Source: Dehalococcoidia bacterium (GTDB taxonomy: Bacteria > Chloroflexota > Dehalococcoidia > Lucifugimonadales > UBA2962). Taken from it: a DNA stretch of 64,000 bases. This document shows, piece after piece, positions 46,589 through 54,492 of the stretch. Position 1 is the stretch's first letter; each line of letters starts with the position of its first letter. The notes below the pieces were generated by a model, which did no database searches, was not told where the DNA came from, and worked only from the letters and a program-made list of their open reading frames with translations. Made by a program: the position numbers and the translations under genes. Location: NCBI GenBank assembly GCA_965116605.1, contig OZ220697.1:1617427-1681426 (forward strand), in the 5' to 3' direction.

Positions 46589-47051
46589 CCCGGGCAGACC
46601 GATCGCACAGGCCAGAAGACAAATGCATGCAAGTAGCGAAGTACGCCGAGGGCGAAGGATAAGCTTGCTCAGTACATTCGCTCCTGCAATTCGAGATCGG
46701 AACTGGACTCCCTGGTGGACGCTGCCTCGACAAGCGGGACCGACCTTCCATGAGGGCCGAGCAGGCCAGCCGTGGCACCAGCAGTGTTACCCAGCAGGCA
46801 ATCGCTACTCTCCGAGGATGGTCCCACTGGTGCGGCTCCTTTTCGGTGTCCCCGTGGACGGGTGATGTCCGGTCCATGTGCTCGCCTATCGATCGTCAAA
46901 GGCTTCATCTCATCGCCGACGGTCAATCTGGCATACAATCTACAGGCGTCTTGTTAGGTCGATATTAGTATTGGACCAATTAGTTATTAGTAGTTGTTGG
47001 CTTGCGTCGAATTTACACAGGCATTGAGTCCACCCAGACAATCGCCACTGG

Positions 47052-49490
47052 ATGAGGACGCCCCTTGAGGGCGGCCGTTTCAGGGACCATTTACATCTCG
47101 GTCAAGGAGAGCAATTGGTACAAATCACTGAACTGGTACGAGAGAACGAAGATCTGCGTGACAGGCTCCTGAGCCTCAGCGAGGCGAGCCTGCGCATAAA
47201 CGAGAGCCTTGAACTCGACGACGTGCTGCAGAGAGTCCTGGACTCCGCACGTGCCCTGACAAGCGCCCGCTACGGGGTGCTGACCACGGTGAATCACCTC
47301 GGGCGGGTAAAGGACTTCCTCACCTCCGGCATGACTCATCAGGAGCGCCGGAGATTGGAGGGCGCACCCGGTCGCAGGCAGTTCTTCGATTACTCCATGG
47401 ATCTCGCCGAGCCGGTCAGGGTGCCGGACTTTCGGAGCTACTTCAGTTCTGTCGGCCTCAACTACTCCTGCCCCCTAGCGGTCAGGGCGTTCCTTACGGC
47501 TCCCATCAGGCACTGCGGAAAGAGCGTCGGTTACATCCTCCTCGGCAAGAAGGTGAAGGGAGAGGAGTTCAGCCCCGACGACGAGCGGACACTGACCATG
47601 TTCGCATCACAGGCCGCCATGGTCATCGCCAACGCCCGAAGGTACCAGGACGAGCAGAGAGCCAGGGCGGACCTGGAGACGCTGATTGATACCTCACCGG
47701 TGGGCGTGGTGGTCTTCGACACCAGGACGAATTCCCCGGTGTGCATCAACCGCGAGATGAACAGGATCGTCGAGGTGCTGCGCAACCCGGGCCAGTCGGA
47801 CGAGCAACTCCTGGCGACCATAACCTGCCAGCGCTCCGACGGCCGAGAGATATCGCTCGAGGATTATTCCCTGTCGCAGGTGCTGTGCACCGGCGAGACG
47901 GTCCGCGCAGAGGAGATCGTCCTCAAGGTCCCCGGGGATCGTAGCGTCAGCGTGATCATGAACGCCACGCCCATACGCCCGGCGGGCGGCGACGTGGAGT
48001 CCGTGGTGGTGACCCTTCAGGACATGACCCCGCTGGAGGACCTGGAGCGGATGCGCGCAGAGTTCCTTGCAGTGGTCAGCCACGAGCTCAGGGAGCCACT
48101 GACCTCCATAAAGGGTTCGATAACGACCCTGCTGGACAGCTCCGCTGCCCTGAATCCGGCGGAGACGCTCCAGTTCCACAAGATCATCGACTCGCAGTCC
48201 GACCGGCTGCGCGAGCTGATAAGCGACCTGCTGGACGTGGCGCGCATCGAGATGGGAATGTTGTCGGTCAGCCCGGAACCGTCGAGCCTTACGGTCCTAA
48301 TCGACCAGGCCAGGAACATCTTCCTCAGCGCGACGGGCAGGGACAACGTGGGCATCAAGCTGGCGCCCGACTTGCCCTGGGTCATGGTTGACAGGCTCCG
48401 CATCGTGCAGGTCCTCAGCAACCTGCTATCCAACGCGGCGAGGCACTCGCCCGAGTCGGCGAAAATCCGAATAGACGCCGTCAGGGACGGCGTCTATGTG
48501 GCGGTCTCGGTGTCCGACTCGGGGAGCGGCCTGTCGGCAGACCGCATGCAGCACCTCTTCAGGAAATTTTCGCGCATCGACGGCGACGGGAAGGGACGGG
48601 GCGTCGCCGGCTCCGGCCTGGGCCTTGCCATCTGCAAGGGCATCATCGAGGCCCACGGAGGTCGCATCTGGGCCGAGAGCGATGGGCCGGGCATGGGCTC
48701 GCAGTTCACCTTCACGATCCCCGTGGAGGAAGAGTCCGTAAACACCCTGACCTCGGGAGTACCAGAGCCGTCCGCCCTTGCCTCACGGCAAAAGGCAAAC
48801 GGCCGCACGCGCATACTCGTCGTCGATGACGACCCCCAGACCCTGCGCTACGTCCGGGACATCCTGACGAAGTCAGGCTACGAGGCGATCGTGACCGGCG
48901 ACCCGGAAGACGCTTTACGCATCACGGTTGAAGAAACGCCCCATATGGCCGTGCTGGACCTGATGCTGCCCGGTACGGACGGCATAGGGCTGATGAAGAC
49001 GATCCGCGAGGCCAGCGACATCCCCGTGATGTTCCTGTCCGCCTACGGACAGGAACAGATCATCGCCACGGCCTTTGACATGGGCGCTGCCGACTACGTC
49101 GTAAAGCCCTTCTCGCCCACCGAGCTTTCGGCCCGGATCAGGGCCGCCCTCCGCAAGAGGGTTGCACCAGAGCCGTCACGTCCCTACCTGCACCAGGGTC
49201 TCGCCATCGACTACCAGACACGCGAGGTCAGGCTCGGCGATCATCATGTACAGCTGACGGCCATAGAGTTCAGGATGCTCGCGGAACTCTCGGCGAACGC
49301 AGGGCGGGTGCTCACCTATGAACATCTCCTGAGGCGAGTGTATGGCCTGGGGCATAACGGGGATCTGCGCCCAATGCGCACGGTGGTATGCAATCTGCGT
49401 CGTAAGCTGGGCGACAGCGCCGATGAGCCCAGGTTCATCTTCACCGAGCCACGCGTCGGCTATCGCATGCCCCGGGGTGCCGAATCCTGA
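47052..49490 (+). CDS. Cytoplasmic GAF-PAS-histidine kinase fused to a complete OmpR/PhoB-type response regulator (REC + winged helix)
   Basis: - H-box: VVSHELREPLTSIKG.
- G-boxes: DSGSGL..GSGLGLAICKGIIEAHGGRIWAES.
- REC: RILVVDDD...MAVLDLMLPGTDG...VVKPF.
- Winged helix: LTAIEFRMLAELS...VLTYEHLLRRVYG......RTVVCNLRRKL......FIFTEPRVGYRM.
- No TM segment. Confidence 0.85.
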   Translation: MRTPLEGGRFRDHLHLGQGEQLVQITELVRENEDLRDRLLSLSEASLRINESLELDDVLQRVLDSARALTSARYGVLTTVNHLGRVKDFLTSGMTHQERRRLEGAPGRRQFFDYSMDLAEPVRVPDFRSYFSSVGLNYSCPLAVRAFLTAPIRHCGKSVGYILLGKKVKGEEFSPDDERTLTMFASQAAMVIANARRYQDEQRARADLETLIDTSPVGVVVFDTRTNSPVCINREMNRIVEVLRNPGQSDEQLLATITCQRSDGREISLEDYSLSQVLCTGETVRAEEIVLKVPGDRSVSVIMNATPIRPAGGDVESVVVTLQDMTPLEDLERMRAEFLAVVSHELREPLTSIKGSITTLLDSSAALNPAETLQFHKIIDSQSDRLRELISDLLDVARIEMGMLSVSPEPSSLTVLIDQARNIFLSATGRDNVGIKLAPDLPWVMVDRLRIVQVLSNLLSNAARHSPESAKIRIDAVRDGVYVAVSVSDSGSGLSADRMQHLFRKFSRIDGDGKGRGVAGSGLGLAICKGIIEAHGGRIWAESDGPGMGSQFTFTIPVEEESVNTLTSGVPEPSALASRQKANGRTRILVVDDDPQTLRYVRDILTKSGYEAIVTGDPEDALRITVEETPHMAVLDLMLPGTDGIGLMKTIREASDIPVMFLSAYGQEQIIATAFDMGAADYVVKPFSPTELSARIRAALRKRVAPEPSRPYLHQGLAIDYQTREVRLGDHHVQLTAIEFRMLAELSANAGRVLTYEHLLRRVYGLGHNGDLRPMRTVVCNLRRKLGDSADEPRFIFTEPRVGYRMPRGAES

Positions 49491-49583
49491 CGCTGCGGTC
49501 CTGCAACTGGCTTGCCGCAAGTCGTTTAGCAGATCGCCTGGACCAGAAGTCAGGGAGCGAGTCAAGGTCCGTTCGTTGCGAGT

Positions 49584-49697
49584 GAGAATCTCGGTCGGGA
49601 CTTCAACGGTAGGACGGAGCCCTGGCTCTATCTGATCTCGATGGACTCCGATGTCGCTCTCCTGCAGGAGGCCGGCCAGCCGCCGGTTGGCCCATAG
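49584..49697 (+). pseudogene. 5' stump of a second EEP-family gene
   Basis: ..FNGRTEPWLYLISMDSDVALLQEAGQPP parallels GGKVEPWHSLLGMDADVALLQEAGRPP of the intact EEP gene at 13791. It ends after about 37 codons at a TAG. Confidence 0.6.
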
Positions 49698-50168
49698 CTA
49701 GATCTCCCACCACCATGACGATGTGTAGATCCTCATGTCTCCAATTTCTTCGGCCGTTGATGCAGTCCACATATCCTCCCCGTCGTCCCCCAACCTGGAG
49801 TTGTCGTCAAGTTGTCGGTACACATTGGCGGTGATTTGCGTAGGCGGCCCTGCCCGGGAGGAGAGCTTGGCAGCGTAGTTTGCTGCTCGGCCGACCCACA
49901 CAAGGTCGTTGGCACCCCGTACGCCAGTACGCGCCACGAGGAGTCTGCTTGCGTCTATGCCGACGACTTGCTTGACTGAATAGCGACTCGCTCGATAGTG
50001 GGCGCGTATGGCTGGATTGATGATCTCCTTTACCGCGAAGTTGATCTTGAGAGCGGCCCGCACCGCGCTGCTGTTCCTCTTCCTGCCAATGAAAACCGCC
50101 ATGATGCGGTCGCCATCGTACGCGGTGATCGCTCCACGCTCGCGGCCAATGATCCGAGCGGCGCACAC
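49698..50168 (-). pseudogene. 3' part of a class III nucleotidyl cyclase gene (N-terminal metal-binding half missing)
   Basis: It starts just before YDGDRIMAVF (the GDGiMAvF motif) and continues VVGIDASRLLVARTG.....DLVWVGRAANYAAKLS (G.v.G..G......y...G..VN.AaRL). Upstream in frame there are only stops. Confidence 0.6.
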
Positions 50169-50175
50169 TAGGTAG

Positions 50176-50820
50176 GACTACTCCGTCTACACGATGAGGC
50201 AGGCCTCGCGCAGGTCCTGGCGCATCGGCCAGACACAGCCCGTCAGGCTCGTGTTCATGTCCTACCGCGACACCCTGCAGGCCGACGCCCTGAAGCTGGT
50301 GGCAAAGAAGCTTCAGTCGTCGTTGGCCGTCGAGGGCGAACTGCCGGAGGACGGGCTCGCCGCGTTTGGCGACGACGGCGACGACCTGATGATGGCGCTG
50401 GCCCGCAAGATCGTCAGCGGCGAGCGGGACGAGCCTGAGACGGTGGAGGAGGTCTTCGCTACGGCGCAGGACGCCGCGAGCGAGGCCGAGGAGCTGCTGG
50501 TGGACAAGGACTGGAGGCCGGTCGAGGTCGAGCCGGAGAACATCTCGGTCAACGGCAACGGCCATCACGAGGGCTTCGGCATCGGGCCGACGGTCGAGGT
50601 GGCCCCGGTCAATGGTCGCAACGGCAATGGTCACCACGACGGTGCCGACGAGCCGCCGCAGTCGCTGTTCTCGTGGGCGGAGTTCATGGCGGCAGAGCCA
50701 ACCAGGCCGAAGGGCCGCAGGAGCAAGCCTCAGCCCGCCTCCATGTCCATGTTCGAGTGGGCGTTCGAGCAGGAGCGGGAGCGCAAGGCCGAGGCGGAGT
50801 TGGTCGAAGCGGGAGGATAG
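50176..50820 (+). pseudogene. 3' part of an SNF2/DEAD-like helicase gene (motif VI onward)
   Basis: DYSVYTMRQASRRSWRIGQTQPVRLVFMSYRDTLQADALKLVAKK is the helicase motif VI region (Q...R..RiGQ). It is preceded in frame by a stop at 50173, and no helicase core lies upstream. Confidence 0.6.
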
Positions 50821-50832
50821 GACGTGACACAA

Positions 50833-50865
50833 GGGTGAGGATGCCGCTTGGCGGCATCCTCACCC
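50833..50865 (+). terminator. Perfect 15-bp stem / 3-nt loop hairpin downstream of the helicase stump
   Basis: GGGTGAGGATGCCGC TTG GCGGCATCCTCACCC starts 13 nt after the stop codon. No U-tract follows, so intrinsic-terminator function is uncertain. Confidence 0.4.
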
Positions 50866-50918
50866 GCCCGTACCCCCATATGCGGCCTTTTTCGCGTTTC
50901 AGGACAGGAGAAAAAACC

Positions 50919-51305
50919 ATGACCCCGCCTACCGACATAACGAAGCGACTCACCGACCCATTACAGGAGGAGACGATGCACCTGTTCGACGCCGATGCCA
51001 GGGAAGAGAAGGCTCTCTGCGGAGCCGACGTCTCCGCCGAAGACCTGATGACCGTCCAATACTGCCTGGCGCAGCTTATCCGTGGCGTTCCCGTCGGGAA
51101 TGTCTGCAGGGCATGCATTCGTTTCGCGGCGTGTTGGGCCGAGGAGCACTGCCGGAAGCTGGAAGCCGAAACCATGCTCCTGCGGGCCAACGCGCAAAGG
51201 CTGCATGAGAGGAACGCGACGCGCTATCGAAACAGCTTGGAGGAGGCGGACCTTGAGGCCGACCGCCTGCTCGAACGGGCCCGCCGACTCGCCGACACGC
51301 TTTAG
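50919..51305 (+). CDS. Hypothetical protein (128 aa), Cys-containing N-half and coiled-coil-like C-half
   Basis: ATG 50919 is preceded by AGGAG (50906-50910). MTPPTDITKRL...CGADV...NVCRACIRFAACWAEEHC...LEADRLLERARRLADTL. The upstream part of the track's longer ORF looks like a GC shadow. Confidence 0.45.
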   Translation: MTPPTDITKRLTDPLQEETMHLFDADAREEKALCGADVSAEDLMTVQYCLAQLIRGVPVGNVCRACIRFAACWAEEHCRKLEAETMLLRANAQRLHERNATRYRNSLEEADLEADRLLERARRLADTL

Positions 51306-51564
51306 ATGGAAACCGGGCCAAGCCCGCTAGGCGATCGGACCGGGAAATAAGCCCCTCCTCCATACGTGGGCGTTTTTTCACTTGTGGTAGGCCGGAGACA
51401 TGCTGATCGTTGAGGACGGTCAGCCGGGCCTGAAGCTCTCCCGGTGCAAGGACTGCCCTGAACGCCGGCGAGGGGCCGCGCCTGTAGAGTGACGAGTCGC
51501 CGGTCGAGAAGCTTTACCCCAGGTCAGTGAGTAGGCAGTTGCCGGCCAATGACCTGGCAGCGGT

Positions 51565-52053
51565 TCAAAAGGGCAAGTCGTCAGGACTCCGGTTTGCCCT
51601 TGCTTCCTCGAACTGCCGCCTCATCTCGGCAGCTTCGGCGTCAGACGGTTCGCGATGGCACAGCACGAAGCCGGCTCCGAAGTGAACCAACTCTACATCT
51701 GGAGGCATCACCCGTGCCAATGGGCGATTGTCCTCACCTTGTGGCTCGGAAGCCCCGACAACTGACGAAGCCGGGTTGTATGCCACCATCGCCTTACCAT
51801 CAGACCGCAGATAATGGCCAACAGGCTTGGGGGAGTAATCGCCATCTGTGCGGGCACCTGCATATTGACTGACGACTGAGCGCACGTCTGACTGCTGAGG
51901 GCCAGCCTGCCAAGTCACATGAATGGATGCTCCTTCCGCATAGCGACTGGACCTGACAGAGAACTTGACATCCGGGAAGTTCTCCTTGAGCGAATACCGG
52001 ACTAGCCTAGCTACCTCAACAACGTCAATGTATCGGGGACGTCTGTCAGTCAT
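51565..52053 (-). CDS. Hypothetical protein (162 aa), possibly LPD29-like domain
   Basis: ATG 52053 is preceded by AGGAGGG. ARLVRYSLKENFPDVKFSVRSSRYAEGASIHVTWQAGPQQSDV resembles, from memory, a domain found in polyvalent proteins of conjugative elements. The family call is low confidence. Confidence 0.45.
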   Translation of the reverse strand: MTDRRPRYIDVVEVARLVRYSLKENFPDVKFSVRSSRYAEGASIHVTWQAGPQQSDVRSVVSQYAGARTDGDYSPKPVGHYLRSDGKAMVAYNPASSVVGASEPQGEDNRPLARVMPPDVELVHFGAGFVLCHREPSDAEAAEMRRQFEEARANRSPDDLPF

Positions 52054-52218
52054 TGTCCCTCCTGGGGTGTCAGCGAAGCTCCCTGATGGCGAATGACGGC
52101 AACAGCCACTTGAGTTGTCGATGCTTTGCGAATCGAGCATACAGGGTCCGGGGTGGCCGTGCTAGAAGCGACACGGTTCTCTCGTCTATCGGTTGACGGT
52201 TCAACGACTTTCCCTGAC

Positions 52219-53715
52219 TCAGTCCAACCACATAGTCAGTGCACAAGCTCTATCATCCAACCATCTGAGGATGCGGATCTTGACTCCGGGGGTATTCCCG
52301 AGTTGTCGCAGCAACTCGGCCTGTTCATGTCGGCCGGTGAGATTGGCACGCCGGTCGCCCACACCTTCGCCCAGTTCCGCAGGACAGTGCGGGCGCGTGG
52401 TGTCGTCTAGGTGCTGAAGGAAGTGAGAGCTGAGGGCGTAACGAAGCGGACCAGGGTCACCCAAGCCAGCTGGTGCCACGCTGTATGAGACGTACTGCGC
52501 AAGGAGGCTAGCAACGACGTTTACGGAGAGCGGAGCCACATTCTGATTGGCCGGGACATCTGAGCGACCAGCACCCGCGAGGTACTCCGGGTCGGCAAGG
52601 AGACCGTCCCTATCGGGGATAACCTCACCGAGGTCGATTTGTCGGTTGCAGCTCATACAAGGTCTCATGGGTCGGATGACATGGGAACGCCAAGTCGCAT
52701 TTCGCATCCTTCCGTCTTTGAAGGTATCGATGCCAATGCCCCCGTCGATCACGGGAATGAAGTCGGAGTAAGCCAGGGCATTGAGGACTGCTCGCGGCCA
52801 GGGGCGGTCAACACAGGAGAATATGAGATCATGGTCCAGCGCCAACCGCAGTCCCTCGGGTTCGCATATGGATAGATCGGACACCTCGATCTTGGCATTC
52901 TCCGCCGTGGAGGCATCGGCCCCTTCCCTCTGGGCCACGAACGTCTTCGGTCGCAGCAGCCTGGCGTCGCGAGGTTTGGCTCCGATGAGCCTGTCGAGGT
53001 TGTGGTACTGGACTATGTCGAAGTCCATGACTGTTATGTTGCACAGCCCCGACGCGGCCAAGCGCAGGACGACGTCAAGCCCTACACTCCCGGCGCCCAC
53101 GACGAGGACCCTGCGCCGGGCGAGGTCTGCTTGGCATTCCTCCCCCCAAGCGCTTACAGTGCGCAACTGCCCCTCAGTTGGTCGCGGCGGCGGGCTGAGG
53201 AGTTCATTCCACGAAACGGCAAGTCGGTCACCGACTACCCGCACATTGGTGGAGTCAGTGCAGGCAATCTGCCTACCGACCTCGATGTTCCAAAAGCGAG
53301 CCGACCAGGTGTGGTTACCCGTCGCGAGGGTCATTCCCACCAATGGCAGCGCTGTCAGCTCTCGGACGAGGTTGGCGTAACTGGATTCGGTGTCGCGGTC
53401 AGGTTCACTCATGAACTGCCAGCTGTCGGCCTTGGGGTGACTGTGGAGCAGGACCAGGCCGGACTCACTTCTCTGGGCTACCTGGGCACCCCGCAGTATG
53501 TATTGGCCAGTCACAGTCACGTTGCCATCCACGGTTCGGTCCTCCGACTCGGGCGGTACTACCGAAGTAATCAGTGCACTGACGCGGCTCTTCCCCGTAG
53601 AGAGGCGATAAGTTGCCAGGCAGGCATCTTCTTGACCGTCGGATCGGACCAGTAGACTCAACAGCGCCTTCTCGGTGGCGGCGGTCATTGCAACCGAGGT
53701 GGTTTTCGAGGTCAT
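52219..53715 (-). CDS. JAB (JAMM-like) deubiquitinase domain fused to ThiF/E1-like adenylation domain
   Basis: N-terminal half: GLVLLHSHPKADSWQFMSEPDRD (HxH...SxxD JAMM-like). C-terminal half: RRVLVVGAGSVGLDVVLRLAASGLCNITVMDFDIVQYHNLDRL (Rossmann GxGxxG plus D.D.v...NL.R of ThiF/MoeB/E1) and CMSC. ATGA overlap with the upstream gene. Confidence 0.8.
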   Translation of the reverse strand: MTSKTTSVAMTAATEKALLSLLVRSDGQEDACLATYRLSTGKSRVSALITSVVPPESEDRTVDGNVTVTGQYILRGAQVAQRSESGLVLLHSHPKADSWQFMSEPDRDTESSYANLVRELTALPLVGMTLATGNHTWSARFWNIEVGRQIACTDSTNVRVVGDRLAVSWNELLSPPPRPTEGQLRTVSAWGEECQADLARRRVLVVGAGSVGLDVVLRLAASGLCNITVMDFDIVQYHNLDRLIGAKPRDARLLRPKTFVAQREGADASTAENAKIEVSDLSICEPEGLRLALDHDLIFSCVDRPWPRAVLNALAYSDFIPVIDGGIGIDTFKDGRMRNATWRSHVIRPMRPCMSCNRQIDLGEVIPDRDGLLADPEYLAGAGRSDVPANQNVAPLSVNVVASLLAQYVSYSVAPAGLGDPGPLRYALSSHFLQHLDDTTRPHCPAELGEGVGDRRANLTGRHEQAELLRQLGNTPGVKIRILRWLDDRACALTMWLD

Positions 53716-54059
53716 GAGGTTGCCTCACCAAGGACAGCGCGGACATGGCTAGTCCAACAGACTCCCGGTGAGGCATCACCCCATCCGATGACGTTGCGGC
53801 TGTGCTTCAGCCAGTCGGCCTTCGTTGAGGATCGGCTGTTCGTTTCCGAGAAGCTGACGCCGGCAGGCAGGTGAATCCAATGGGGAGGTGCTTGTGGCCA
53901 GGGGCTGAGTTCGCCAACGCTCACGCCGGTTACGACCGCCGTACCTGCGTGGGCACCGTCAATGGGTTGGATACGGTAGACTACGAGCCCATCCTCGACC
54001 TCGGGATTGAAACCCAGGTCCGTCAAGGCGTCGATGAACCCTTGAACCCCGTGGTCCAT
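53712..54059 (-). CDS. Small E2/UBC-like protein (prokaryotic E2 family associated with multiubiquitin operons)
   Basis: 115 aa, wedged by overlaps between the Ubl and JAB-E1 genes. It carries a PPHWIHLP string and a single Cys (PGVCWTSH). The call rests on size, operon position and my memory of the Prok-E2 family-E pattern. Confidence 0.55.
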   Translation of the reverse strand: MDHGVQGFIDALTDLGFNPEVEDGLVVYRIQPIDGAHAGTAVVTGVSVGELSPWPQAPPHWIHLPAGVSFSETNSRSSTKADWLKHSRNVIGWGDASPGVCWTSHVRAVLGEATS

Positions 54060-54304
54060 TATGCCATGGGCCCCTTCTGGCGGATCGCTACGAATCTGGC
54101 ATCCTTCGTGATTTCGACGACTTCGTCATCATCGAAGTGCTTGGTCTCGGGTCGGTCCTTGCCTATGAGTTCGCCGAGGTCGTAATTGGCCGGGTCCAGT
54201 CCAGCCAGACGAAGAAGTGCCGAGGCCTTCTGGCTGATGTCGTCTGTCGTGAATGGTTGGCCGTCAATGGTGAATGGGATTGAGCGCCGAGCTGAGTCGG
54301 TCAT
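54059..54304 (-). CDS. Ubiquitin-like beta-grasp protein (multiubiquitin-family, single domain)
   Basis: 81 aa from ATG 54304 (AGGAGG 8 nt upstream). IPFTIDGQPFTTDDISQKASALLRLAGLDPANYDLGELIGKDRPETKHFDDDEVVEITKDARFVAI fits the multiubiquitin beta-grasp pattern. The stop overlaps the E2 start (TAATG). It ends ..RQKGPMA with no terminal Gly-Gly. Confidence 0.6.
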   Translation of the reverse strand: MTDSARRSIPFTIDGQPFTTDDISQKASALLRLAGLDPANYDLGELIGKDRPETKHFDDDEVVEITKDARFVAIRQKGPMA

Positions 54305-54446
54305 TCCTGATCCTCCTGTCCCGATGTACTTTTCCTTTCCATGCGTCATGTTATCCACACCCTTCTGGGCTCTCAGGCCGCCATATTTGTTGACTGCGAC
54401 GGTCGTCCGCCAAACAGCCTCTTGATACAATGATGACGGCGGATCC

Positions 54447-54492
54447 CCGAAACCTGCACGGAAGCGCTCCCGTCTCCGCGTGCAGGTTTCGG
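54447..54492. promoter_or_regulatory. 14-bp perfect inverted repeat in the divergent promoter region
   Basis: CCGAAACCTGCACG (54447-54460), an 18-nt spacer, then CGTGCAGGTTTCGG (54479-54492). It lies between the Ubl operon and the sigma-like/XRE operon. Confidence 0.5.

Noticed and set aside
49698-50168. The class III cyclase as an active Pycsar/CBASS-like signalling enzyme.
   Set aside because: Only the C-terminal two-thirds of the catalytic domain is present. The upstream frame is closed by stops, and an unrelated helicase stump lies on the other strand. No effector gene is adjacent.
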